From Carcharhinus longimanus (Eukaryota), in assembly GCA_030264375.1 (NCBI GenBank), contig JASCQW010000137.1, positions 45,861,085 through 45,925,084 on the forward strand: a DNA stretch of 64,000 nt, in the 5' to 3' direction. Numbering within the stretch: position 1 is the first letter of the stretch; each line of letters opens with the position of its first letter. Below, piece after piece: positions 25,041-37,390 of the stretch. A program made the translations under genes and the position numbers. The notes beneath the pieces were generated by a model. It was not told the DNA's origin, did not search any database, and saw only the letters and a program-made list of their open reading frames with translations.

Positions 25041-25957
25041 CTGAAAAAGTGTGCCAGCAAAGTCCTCCACTGTGTCCTCCATCACACTTCAGTTGGGGAA
25101 TGGGGAATTTGGGAAGGCATGCCATGTGTTTTGTGTGATATGTGGACCTCAGAGGAGGATTTAAAATGTTGGTCAATCTTCTGGAAACGAATTGCCATCT
25201 GATTGGCAGGAATCTAATGAACGACCAAGCAAGTGATGCAAATTGAGGCTCACAACAGCCTGTGGCTCTTGCCTTCTGATACTCTCTTCTGCTCTGGGTG
25301 ACTGGAAGTTACTATTAAGGACACCCAGCCCCAGCTTTCGAGAGAACGATGAGACCAAAATAATGGGTGGAACATCCACCATACACTTCCAGTGATGCAG
25401 TGGGGAATTGCCAGAATACAGTTTTCAGCACTTTCCTTGAAGACGGTCCTTACACACCCAAATCCTTTTTGTTAAATTGTGAGCATTTTATAGCAACAGC
25501 TTGAACAGAAGGCAAGGTAACACATACATTGAAAACTGACTGTAAATCCTGTGCACTAATTACTGTTCACTAGAGAGGATGTCGACCCACAAGCTTCCTC
25601 TGGGGCTTCCTCAGAATGCAGTGTGTATGAACTTTCTTGTTTTTCTAATAGGATGCATCAATGGCAAAAAAACCTGCCTTCACACAGCACCTTTAATGAT
25701 GTAAAAACTCCCAAAATTTTTCACAGGAGCATTATCAAACAAAGAAGACTGACACTGAGCCTCATCGAAAGATATGAGGAGAGGTGACCAAAGGCTTGGT
25801 CAGAGATGAGGTTTCGAGGAGTGCCATAAATCCTGCATCGGATTGCTGAGAGTAAACTCTTGCCTAATTCATTCAAAACAATCAAAATAATCTCAGACAA
25901 ACACAGCTCTTCAGCGTGATTGATTTCCACTATGTCCTGTGGTTCAGCTAAAGTCAG

Positions 25958-26218
25958 GTTAAAGTTTATTTATTAGTTACGAGTAAGGCTTACACTCACA
26001 CTGCAATGAAGTGACTGTGAAATTCCCTTAGTTGTCACACTCTGGCGCTTATTCAGATCAATGCACCTAACCATCATGTGTTTCAGACTGTGGGAGGAAA
26101 CCGACGCAGACATGGAGAGAACGCGTAAACTCCACATAGACAGTGACCCAAGCTGGGAATTGAACCTGGGTCCTTGGCACTGTGAGGTAGCAGTGCTAAC
26201 CACTTTTCCACCATGCTG
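25958..26218 (-). mobile_element. HE1-like SINE with alternative 3' tail
   Basis: HE1 head and body, but the sense-strand tail is TTCATTGCAGTGTGAGTGTAAGCCTTACTCGTAACTAATAAATAAAC instead of the CR1-type tail. Confidence 0.8.
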
Positions 26219-28301
26219 GGAACACTCTTGCTTCTGGGATGCAAGGTTCTAGGTTGAAGTCCCACTTCAGGGCACAAATCAAGGCTCCAGTGGAGTATTG
26301 AGGGAGTGTTACACTGTTGGAGGTGTTGTCTTTCAGATTGGCACCTGTCTCTTTGGATAATGCAACAGATGCCCTAGCACTGAAGACGACTTGGGGAGTT
26401 ATTCTTTGTCAATATTTATCCTTTAATCAACATCACAAAAAAAAAACAGATGATGATAGGATGTTTCCCTTCACGAGGGAATCTAGAACTAGATTCAAAT
26501 TCAGGAGTTTCAGAGATGAGGACGAATTTCGGTTTAGAATTTTCTTCCCCAGTGAGCAGTGGGGGCTGGGAGCCATTATCTGGGACCTCAGCGAGATATG
26601 ACCTTTCTTAATGTGTGACCCAAGCAGTGACCATTCAAAGCTATTTCTCTGGACAATTTAGGACATTATGTCCTTAAAAGAAGAAAGAGTTTCCAAGACC
26701 ATCAGACTTCTCAAATTGCTTCACAGCCAACGGATTACTTTTGAAGTGTAGTCACTGTTGCAGACATAGAGTCATAGAGGTTTACAGCATGGAAACAGGC
26801 CCTTCTGCCCAACTTGTCCATGCTGCCCTTTTGTTTTAAACCCTAAGCTAATCCCAATTGCCTATTTGGCCCATATCCCTCTGTACCTATCTTATCCATG
26901 TAACTGATAGACATCATAAGGAGCAACCAATGTGCACACAACAAACGAATCAAGGATTATGTGGTGGGAGAGGTTGGGGCTGGCAGGAAAGTAGAGTTAA
27001 GGTCACAACAGCTCAGTCACAATTTTATTGAATGGTAGAGAAGATTCGAGAGGTCACATGGCCTACTCCTGCTCAAATTCTTATGTTTTCATCTTTTGTC
27101 CTGACTATCACGCTATTGTTTTAGGAGCTTGCTGTGAACAAATGGGCAGTTGCGTGTCCTACATTAGGACAACAATGACGTTTCAAAAGAGCTTCATTGG
27201 TTGTAAAGGACTGAAACCTCCAGTAGCTATTAAAAGTGCTGTATGAATGTTCTTCTTTTCTTTATTTACTTAAGAAGTGTTATAGCGAAGGTTGGCTTGG
27301 GGAATACAGATTTCACTTTGGTGGGGGGAACTTTACACCCAAAAGATTTTGCAACATGTTCAGTTTTGCAGGAGTTTAATTCCTTTTGCAAGCATTTTGT
27401 GATTCTTTCTCTCTAATACTGTTCTCTGGCAGATTACTTACATCACTCACTCAAACAGCGGCAGTGGAAAATACCCCTGTCCCTACCCTTGGCTACCTAC
27501 AAAACATGCAAAAGCCAAACTAGCCTTCATAAACAGATGATATTAACCTACAAAATAGCTGGCAACCCAAAACACGTTGGAATTTAGCCCCACTGCGTGT
27601 AATTACACTAAGAGGGCAGTGGGATATGGACTTGTAATAACTCAGTGTTGTGATGTCTTCAGCCTCCCCTTCACCATCATGCCAAACCAACAACCATTCT
27701 CCACTTTCTCCCCTACACTGAGCAGCAAGCTTAGCTGCTCAGGTATTGCTCCAAGAGTCTAAACATTATTCTGAACCATGATCCATTGATCTACTCCAGT
27801 GAAAGTTCTGAAGTACCATATCCGCAGCATTCACTTTATTGAGCCTCACTATAATGTTGCAAAACAGTCCAATTACTCAAATGTGACCTGTCCCATAAAG
27901 AAACTCTTTCTCTCCCTGGACCATGCGAGTAGCTTTCCATGGACTCATGAGCTATAACCTGATGATTCTGAGGCAGTGGATCTTTCATTCATGTAGAACA
28001 GGAAGACAAGCTCCCTTTGACTCGGGAATGCTGCAGTGCCTACTTTCTGTCACTGGATGGATCTCTGCTATTTACCAAACAGCGAGGGTCTGTGCTGGAG
28101 GAAATCTAGCTTTGCAATAATTTCTTCAGCAAGAGGTCGAGGAATCTTGGATAGACCATAACCCTCACTGGGGTAAAAATTCACCTTGGATGGAAGCTAA
28201 TCAGCAGTCAATCATACATCCGCCCTATCTTCCTTATCAAATGTAGTGAATAATCTGGGAGCGTGGAAAATGGCTGCTGATTGGCAATCGCCCACTTCAA
28301 A

Positions 28302-29117
28302 GGGGAGGCGATGGCCTAGTGCTACTATTGCTTGACTATTAGTCCAGAACCTTAGCTCATGTTCTGGGGACCTGGGTTTGAATCCATGGCAGATGGTGAA
28401 ATTTGAATTCAATAAAATATATCTAAAATTAAGAATCTACTGATAATCATGAAACCATTGTCGATTGTCAGAAAAACCCATTTGGTTCACTAACGTCCTT
28501 CAGGAAAGGAAATCTGTTGCCTTTACTCAGTCTGGCCTAAACATGACACGTGGTTGACTTTCATAGAAACTGGAAGCAGGAGTAGGCCATTCAAGGTAAT
28601 AGGGACAAGTTCAAGGTAAGGGGTGGCAGGGGTGGGGGGGAGCAAGGCTCAATACAGATATGCGTGGGACGTTTTTTATACAGAGGGTGGTGCGGGCCTG
28701 GAAATGCACTACCAAGCAAGGTTTTTGAGGCATACATGCTAGGATCATTTAAGACTTATCTAGATAATCACATGAACAGACTGGGAATAGAGAGATACAA
28801 ACGGATGGTCTAGTTTGGGACACATGATCGGTGCAGGCTTGGCGGGTCGAAGGGCCTGTTCCTTTGTTTTTTATTCAGCTCTTCGAGCCTGATCCGCCAT
28901 TCATTTTGATTATGGCTGATCATCAAATTCAATATCCTGAACCCCCCTTCCTCCCATTTCCCTTGATCCCTTTTAGCCCCCAGAGCTATAAGTAATTTTT
29001 TCTTGAAATCAGATATTGTTTTGGCCTCAACTACATTCTGTGGCCTTCCAAGGGCAACTAGGGATGGGCTAAATGTTCACTGGCCAATGACGCCCATATC
29101 CCATGAATGAATAAAAG
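28302..29117 (+). mobile_element. Family C SINE with nested CR1 3' fragments (minus about 28563-29043; plus about 28594-28872 inside it)
   Basis: SINE head GGAGGCGATGGCCTAGTG, resuming at about 29043 (GCCTTCCAAGGGCAACTAGGGATGGG). The inner CR1 is flanked by ATTCA on both sides. Confidence 0.7.
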
Positions 29118-30974
29118 ACTCATACTGCAGGCCCAAGGTTAACCAATGTTTCCAATAGGTACAGAATCCTGAACGGGTGTTCATGTGAGCACATTAGGTA
29201 AGCACCCTGCAGTGATCCACACCCAGGTATGTCTTTGAGAATATGCTTGATCAGCCCAGCTTTTTGAGCATTTCATTCTGAAGCTTCGAAATTGTGCAGA
29301 AATATCGTCCGAAAGCTTAATACGTGGCTCTCCAGACCTTCGGCCCAGTACTACAAGGAAGGCATTAGGTTGGTAATTTAAATTGAGTTTTCACCTCTAC
29401 CACAATAGCTGACAAGGCAGCCTTAAGGATTCATAGCAGAATATTTCACAATGCTATTTTCAGACTTACATCTCCTCTGCAAAATTTCTCATTAAATACA
29501 AGCCTAGTGCAAGCTATTAACTGTGTAACTGTCCTTCAGCAATATTATGATCCAGTATAGTCACATTTTATAGCTGCTTGAAGAGTGTAAGAGTATCATA
29601 TTTACACAGAGCAAGCCCATGAAGATGAATAGATAAGCTGACTGATGCTTGAAGCAGTGAAAATGAGGGCAGAGATGCTTTATGATGGTTTAAAGGTACA
29701 TTTCTCTAACNNNNNNNNNNNNNNNNNNNNNNNNNNNNNNNNNNNNNNNNNNNNNNNNNNNNNNNNNNNNNNNNNNNNNNNNNNNNNNNNNNNNNNNNNN
29801 NNNNNNNNNNNNNNNNNNNNNNNNNNNNNNNNNNNNNNNNNNNNNNNNNNNNNNNNNNNNNNNNNNNNNNNNNNNNNNNNNNNNNNNNNNNNNNNNNNNN
29901 NNNNNNNNNNNNNNNNNNNNNNNNNNNNNNNNNNNNNNNNNNNNNNNNNNNNNNNNNNNNNNNNNNNNNNNNNNNNNNNNNNNNNNNNNNNNNNNNNNNN
30001 NNNNNNNNNNNNNNNNNNNNNNNNNNNNNNNNNNNNNNNNNNNNNNNNNNNNNNNNNNNNNNNNNNNNNNNNNNNNNNNNNNNNNNNNNNNNNNNNNNNN
30101 NNNNNNNNNNNNNNNNNNNNNNNNNNNNNNNNNNNNNNNNNNNNNNNNNNNNNNNNNNNNNNNNNNNNNNNNNNNNNNNNNNNNNNNNNNNNNNNNNNNN
30201 NNGGGAAGAGGAGGAGGCTAGTGAAGAAGAAAGAGCAAGTGAGGAGTGAATAGTGAGGGAGAGGAATATTCGGTTGAATGCAGTGGTGGTGGTGAGTGGG
30301 GTAACATGGCATTTTTGCCAACCTGGCTGCTGCTCCAGCTTTGCTGTAAACCTCCTAGCTGGTTGTAGACAACACAAAGACAGCAAATCGTGGGCAGTAT
30401 TGGGTGTAGAATGAGGATTGCTGAAATCTGCTACTGAAATAACTGTCATTAAATTGTGTGCAGCATCAGCAAGGTTTGATTAATGGCTTTTTATTAATTC
30501 TTTATTGCCAAGAAAAAGTAAAAACTGTCAAGAACAACAGATGTCACATTGAAATGATTGCAGGGAAAGCCACCCTAATAGACATCATATCCGGGCCCAT
30601 TATTAGCCCAAGAAAAATAAGCACATTACAGGGAGCTGGATTATTAAAAGAAATCACAGAATATTGCAGTCATTTATCTGGACACGGACAAAAGAAAGTT
30701 AATTTAAAACCATCTTCTGTTGAAGGTGACTCACATCTCACTCGGTGCTGTTGGAACTCAATTTACTGGAGCAGTTAGTCAGACTCTGCTCATGAAGATT
30801 TGGAGAGATCTTCCAGGCCGCCCTGCAGATGCAGATGGTAAATACAAAAAGGCCTGTTAGAAAGAGGCAGACCAGGAGATCCCACACAGTTTGATCGTTT
30901 TATCTGGCCTTGGTCGGGATAGTGGATAAGGGAACTGCCAATGAACACGGGAAGACAAATTCCTGATTGCAGTC

Positions 30975-30993
30975 TAGTGCCTCCTGCTGGTCA
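30975..30993 (-). promoter_or_regulatory. Candidate CTCF site
   Basis: The minus strand reads TGACCAGCAGGAGGCACTA. Confidence 0.45.
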
Positions 30994-31084
30994 GTATGTG
31001 CGAACAGATAGCAGCATCAATGGTGATGCCCTTACAGTTCAATAGTCGAGCTTTAAAAATGCACCCTTTCTTTCAGGGAGTCAA

Positions 31085-31703
31085 CAGGTATCACTTGTGA
31101 CTGAGTCAGGTTGTGGATTCAAACCCCACTCCAGAGACTCAAGAACATAATGCAGGCTGACACCCCAGTGTTGCATTGAGGGGGTGCTGCACTGCCAGAG
31201 GTGTTGTTTATTGAGTGAGATGCCATTTTCTCTCTCATGTGGATCACATGCAGTAATTCAAAGAAGCGCAGGTGTGGATCTCCCTGGTGACCTGGACATT
31301 ATTTATCCCTCAGCCAAAACCTAAAACAGGTGATTTTGTCACATGCACACATTGTCTTGTGTGGGAGCTTGCTGTGCACATCAAGTTTCTTACACTAAAC
31401 AATGGCCACATTTCAAAGATCCTTGATTAACTGTAAGATGAAATGAAGCATTCTGAGATTGCGAAAGGTGCTATATAAATATAGGGTTTGGCTGGATGGC
31501 TGGTTGATGATGCAGCGTGATGCCAGCAGTGTGGGTTCAGTTCCTGTACCAGCTGATGTTATTCATGGTAAGCCCTGCCTTCTCAACCTTGTTCCTCACG
31601 TGAGGCATGGTGACCCACAGGTTAAATCGCCCTCCCTAGTCAACTCTCCCCGTCAAACAAGGAAATCAACTTATTGTCATCTGGGACTATGGCGACTTTA
31701 CAC
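31085..31703 (+). mobile_element. Deu-type SINE (to about 31480) followed by a distinct SINE-like element (31483-31703)
   Basis: CTGAGTCAGGTTGTGGATTCAAACCCCACTCCAGAGAC..GGTGCTATATAAAT, then GTGGGTTCAGTTCC (B-box-like)..GGGACTATGGCGACTTTAC. Confidence 0.6.
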
Positions 31704-31923
31704 ATAAATGTAATCTTTCTTTAAGATACACAACTGAAAAATAGGTTATTCGATCACAAGGCATAAGCATAATCATCTGGGATGGGAGCAAAATTGACCC
31801 TAGTGGATTTGAAGAACAATATGTAAAACACATTCTTGTCTTGTTTCAGGCCAGGATAAGGGAATTAATTGCGTGCATATACATATGCGCATTTCTATTG
31901 CCAAATCTTGCTGCCGCTCATGC

Positions 31924-32122
31924 TGGCAGGTTTTCATGGTCCCACTGATGGTACATCACCATCACTCCTCCCCCAGCCACTGGATTACCCGGTGGCAAGG
32001 GGTGCTTTCAATGCAAAACCCCGTTGACAATGGCAGGACCATAAGATTTGGCTGCCAGCGAGCGGCATGCTGCCACTCACCATTGACAAACACACCAAGG
32101 AGAGGGAAAAAAATCCCGCCCA
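31924..32122. mobile_element. Harbinger-type MITE
   Basis: TGGCAGGTTTTC...AAAATCCCGCCCA, with a core shared with 135-330. Confidence 0.55.
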
Positions 32123-32394
32123 GTGTGTCTGTGTGTGTCTTTATGTGTGAATGTTTGTGTGAATCTGTGTGTGTGTCTGTGGCAGAGTGGTGGGGCGGAG
32201 GCGTGCATCTGATAGTTGACTAAAGGAGATATTTTTGTGATTTAGTTAAATCAAGACTGCTTGAGGTTTTTATTTGGTTTTGTAAACTAATCTCACATAA
32301 TATCTCGCATTCTTTTACACATAAATTGAGGATCAATGAAGCAAAATATTTCAGTATTTTTTTATGTTAGGTATTTAAATATCTTGCTGCAAAG

Positions 32395-34730
32395 GCAGCC
32401 ACGGGCCTTTCAGCTTCTCGAATCTGTTCCGTCATGAATTAAACCAGTACTGAACTGTACCTCAACACCATTTGCCAACCTTCACTCCCAACCTCTTGAC
32501 AACCTTACCCCAACAAAATTATATCAAGCTCAGTCTTGGAAATTTCGATTGTAGCCCCTAGTATCCCCAGCCTTTTGACAAAAAGTGAAAAGTGCTTCCC
32601 AGATTCACTCCAGAATGTTCTAACTTCTAATTTTATACTCCCTTCCTCTCACTGTTTCAGCCTGAGGGAATAGCTTTTCTGTATCTGCCTGATGAATTAT
32701 TTAGATGAATCAATTACATCGCTCCTCAATCTTCTGAAGTCAGGGAATGCTATCAAATTGGTGGAACTTATTAAAGGATAAGCCCAGTTCAACTGCCCTG
32801 TACCTTCACCAAGGCCGATGAATCTTTCCTTGGGTAGGGCACCCAAACTTAAATATTAGCTGGTGTCTCACCAGTGAAATGAGCATAACTGAAGCATTAC
32901 TTGCTCGATTTTGAATTCCAACTCCTGTGTGACAAAAATCTAACACTCCATTAGTCTTTTTGATAACTTTCTGTACCTGAGCTTCAGCTTTTAGTGATTT
33001 ATGTTCATGGACGCTCAAGTTCCCTTTGCTTCCCCACAACTCTTAGTTCCTCACAATTAAGAGATATCCTGACTTGATTTTCTCACATCCAAAGCGAAAG
33101 AATTCACACTTCCACACATTGAACTCCAGCTGACATAAACGCGTCCGCTCACTTACTCTGTCCATGTTCCTTTGTCAGCTACTCCTCCCATCTGCACAAG
33201 TTACTGGGCCTCCTCATTTTGTGCCATTTGCAAGTGTGGATAGATAGAGAACTCTTGGCCCTGTCATCTGGGTTATTAATAACAGTGGTGAGATGCTGAA
33301 GGTCTGGAGCAGATCCCTGGGGAACATCACTAGCCAATTCCCACCAATTGGAGAGGAATCACTTATCCCTGCCATTTTCCTGTTAAGTAATTTCCAATCC
33401 ATATCACAAGGTTAACTCCAATTCAAGTTCATTTTAGTGAAGAATTATTTGTACAGTTTGTAAGAACAATATTTCTTGATACACTGGTTGGATCTTCCAG
33501 TATCCCTGCTGCAGGTTTCCTGGCAGCAAAGGTGCATTGAACAGGAAACCCCATTGACATTGCTGGGATCATCAGGTTTCACCGCCAGCCAGTGGGGGGA
33601 ATCACTGTTTCACAGCAGATTGTGTGGAAAATACTGCCTATTTTGTTAGTGACCTGGAACAATTCAACTACAGGAACTGATGGGGCTTCTAGTTAATTTT
33701 GTTAAAAAAAAGATAAAGTTTGGAACTGAAATCTAGTCTCAGTAATGGTGTGCATTTAACCATCACTGATTGTTGAGAAAAAACACCCATTTGATTCACT
33801 AATGTCTTTTGGGGAAGGAAATTTGTATTCTTACCTGGTCTGGACTACATGTGACTCCAGATCCACAGCAACGTGGTTGACTCTTAACTGCTCCTCTGAA
33901 ATGACCGAGCAAGCCATTCAGATGAACCAATCTCATAGCACAGATTGTAGCAGTTGAAGAAAATAGCTTACCATGACTTCCGTAAGAACAATGAGGGATG
34001 GTCCACAAATGCTGGACTTGCCAGTGACACACACATCCCACAAAATAATTAAATAAAAGTTAGACTTTCATAAAGCCATGATAACATATATATGTCGTTG
34101 TTTAGTCATTAGTTATGTTGTTTCTAAAGACCAATTCTGTTCAATTTCACCACAACTAATGTAAAACTGACAGATTTGTTGGATGTTCTTTGGTTCCTCT
34201 GTTATTCTCCTCCTATATGATACAGGAACATTTACAATGTTTGAATCTTAGTTTTGGAATTGTGCTAACGATTCTTCAATTTCATTAATACCAATCACTC
34301 CTGACATCCTGAATGGAGACCATCAACGTCCTGGAGATTTGTTCACCTTAAGTCCCATTATTCTCTCAATTTCTCTGTTTAGATTAAATCCACAAAGTTC
34401 CTCCCTTCGACTTTTTTTAGGTTCACTTGTACTGTTGGCATGTTGTCCTATACAGTGAAAAGTGATTTAAAAAACTCAATTAACAAGACTGCCATTCATT
34501 TTTTATCTAGCTGCCTTTAATGAGTCCATTTTGCCATTTACCATTCTCTTCCTCATGCGCTTATAAAAGACTTTGCTGTTAACTTTGATATCCCTTGCAA
34601 GTGTTTTTCCCATCTTCTCGTTTTGAATCTCTTTTCATTTTCTTTTCTTCAAACTGCATCCTTGCTTTTTTGTAGCTGTCCCAGTTTTCTAGATTTGCAC
34701 TGTTCCTTGCATCTATGTAAGCCTTTTAAC
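32395..34730 (-). mobile_element. Old CR1 LINE, fragmented, with inserted MITE (33484-33640) and family C SINE (33715-34060)
   Basis: Minus-strand peptides VHEHKSLKAEAQVQKVIKKTNGVLDF and LVRHQL. An upstream ORF2 linker-like segment lies at about 34290-34730. Confidence 0.7.
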
Positions 34731-35464
34731 TTGATGCTGTCTCACCACTCAGATAGACACTGCAAACAAATTGAATCTGTCAAGAGTTTTTTGATGTATC
34801 ACAGTTTTGCTGAATGGAGATATCAAATACTAAACTAAGAATTGTCCTGCTTGCAGATGTAATTGCGGTTTAAAGTTGCAGTACTTGCCTCCAGTTTCAT
34901 AGCCTTGGCACCTGCAATGAGAAAATGCTTGATTTGAACCATCTTGGTGAACAGGCCTTTAAGTGTGAGAGAGCTGATGGTGGCCAAGCAACATAGTGAG
35001 ATTTAGTTTTCTGCCTGGGCAGGAAGTTGAAAACTTATCCCCCAGTATGTCAGTGAGTTTGGATTACTTAGACCCCCCAGACAATGTTGGTTCTATGCTT
35101 CAAATTTATAAACTAACAGGCAGTTAGTTATTCCCCAAGTAGCGTCCCCAGATATCTTCGTATACTTCAAAAGATGAACTTAATTGAACTGCATCACTGA
35201 AATGTGTGAATGAAATAGGGAGAGGTGATGCCAAGAGATTTGTAGGCATTTGACACCCTCATTAAATTTTCCTTAAAATTCCAACCCCAGCTAACTAAAG
35301 CCTCATATTTCTCACAGCCAAGAGGGTGAGCATTCAGCCTGATCAGCTGTGATCTTATTGAATGGCGGAGCAGGCTGAAGGGGCTGAATGGCCTACATCT
35401 GCTCCTATTCTGTATGTTCACAAGCCTCTGGAAATGATGCTTGAATGACGCCAGAATCCAGGAT

Positions 35465-36410
35465 TCTGAGACAGTGACAGTAAAGGGACGGTGTTATATT
35501 TCCAAGTCAAAATGGTGAGTGGCTTGGAGTGGAACTTTCAATTGGTGTCTTTCCATATGTCTTCTCCCCTTGCCTTCTTATCTTTCTAGGTGGTAAAGGT
35601 TGTGGGCTTGGAAGGTGTCATGCAGTGCATCTAGTACTTCGTATACACTGCTGCCACAGTGCAAATTTGATGGGTAGGGTGTTATTCAAGCAGGCTGCTG
35701 TGTCTTGGATGATATTGAGCTTTCTGAGTATTGTTGGAGCTGCAGAAGCCAGGAAAATGGAGAGTATTCCATCACACTCTATAGTCTCTGACTTGCTTTT
35801 GTAACCACAGTATTTATATAGCTGGGTCAGTTCAGTTTCTTGTCAGTGGCAACCCCCAGCATATAAATAGTGGGGGAATTCAGTGATAGGGATCCCATTG
35901 AATTACAAACCTAAGCCTGAATTTTGTCCAGGTCTTCCTGCATATGGACAACCTTCAGTATTGAAGGAGTTGCAAATTGTGAACATCCCCATTTTTAACT
36001 TATGAAGCAGTTGAAGTTGATTGAGCCTTGGACAGTACCCCGAGGAAAACCTGCAGCAATAACCGGGATGAAGATGATTGATCTCCAACAACCATTGCCA
36101 TCTTCCTCTCTTCCAAGTTTCGACTCCAATCAATTGATTGCTCACTGACTCCAGTTTGACTAGCGCTCCTTGATGCCACATTCAGTCCAATGTTGCCTTG
36201 ATGTCAAAGGCACTGTCTTCTTACCTGTTGAAATCAACTCTTTTGTCCATGTTTGGGCCAAGCTGTAATGCGATCAGGAGCTGAGTGTGCCTGGCAGAAC
36301 CCAAACTGATTCTTGCTGAGTAAGTGCTGCTTGATTGAACTTTGCTGATAATTGAGAAGTGACTGATAGGGTGGTAACTAGTTGGTTTGGATTTGTCCTA
36401 CCTTTTATAG
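35465..36410 (-). mobile_element. CR1/L2-superfamily LINE RT fragment (different, older family)
   Basis: The minus strand reads FDIKATLDxMWHQGALVKLES (DIKAAFDRVWH-type motif), followed by a PQGxVLGP-like segment at about 36030-36055. Confidence 0.75.
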
Positions 36411-37084
36411 ACAGCACACATGTAAAATACTGCAAACATCGGCAGGACTGGAAAATCTGTCACTTTGTACTTAAGTCACACAAGTGGAATGGATCATGAA
36501 CTTCCAAGACAGTATGGTCACAAAACACACTAATAACTGATGGCGGCAGTATTGAGTGTGCCACGACTGACTTAGTGAATGAAGAAGAAATGCAAATTAG
36601 ACCAATTGACAGCTTTGTATGATGACCTGACATAGGCACAATGGGCTAAATGGCCTGCTTCTGTGCTGTAACATTACTGGAGTTTGGAGCCAGTGCAGGG
36701 TGGTGTTTAGTGGTGTATAGTTTGGGCAACCAGGTTTTCTTCAACCTTGCCTTCTCCTGTCAGGGACAGATTTCCAAGCTTTCTTCCTCCCATTACTTCC
36801 CAGGAATTTCGCCACCCACTGCACCAATTTCCATTGGACTTTTCCTTGCAGTGTCAGCATTACTCATAGTTGGAGAGAAGGAATTAGAATGTTTGCCACC
36901 TGGAGTGAATATGGAACAGTGCTCATCTTTCCCTTTTTTCCTTCTGTTTGTGTGTTCGCCAAGGGTGAAAATGAAGGAGAGGCAAGGTAAGGTCAAACTG
37001 AAAAATGAGGCATGCTTTCAAAAATTTCCACCTTGCACTCTTCAGGATAGTTTACAAGAAATTTTCCAACTGTAACAACAATAT

Positions 37085-37390
37085 ATACTGTATGAGAAGA
37101 GAAGGCTAAGTTATTGACAAAGGGACTGTGATTGGTGGAGGTGTTAGTGCGGAGAATGCAGCATGGAACAGTGAACTGCCAAGCATAGTTCCAATTCAAA
37201 CAGGACATGTTGACTCTGATTGGTCATGGTGTTGCCCTGGGGAACTGTTCCCTAAACTTCTGTTTAGTTGAAAAAGGCACAATGTGTGGAGATGTTCTTC
37301 CCATCTATAGTGGTCAGGGCCCTGTATGTGAATAAATGTGGCTTCTTGCCTGTGTAAGTGATCCACACTGTGAGCCTGACTGACAATATA
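37085..37390 (-). mobile_element. Penelope-like element 3' fragment (C-terminus after the GIY-YIG domain plus UTR)
   Basis: Minus peptide IVSQAHSVDHLHRQEATFIHIQGPDHYRWEEHLHTLCLFQLN resembles the PLE C-terminal motif (L..LEA.YI...P.LC.QKE...L.LF) as I recall it. Confidence 0.6.

Noticed and set aside
25236-25243. Octamer ATGCAAAT (also at about 36590)
   Set aside because: No leader or V-gene exon is recognisable downstream, and the motif is expected by chance at this frequency.
29645-30449. Long ORFs (200-360 aa) here and at 49723-50805
   Set aside because: They are open only because they run through N-gaps.
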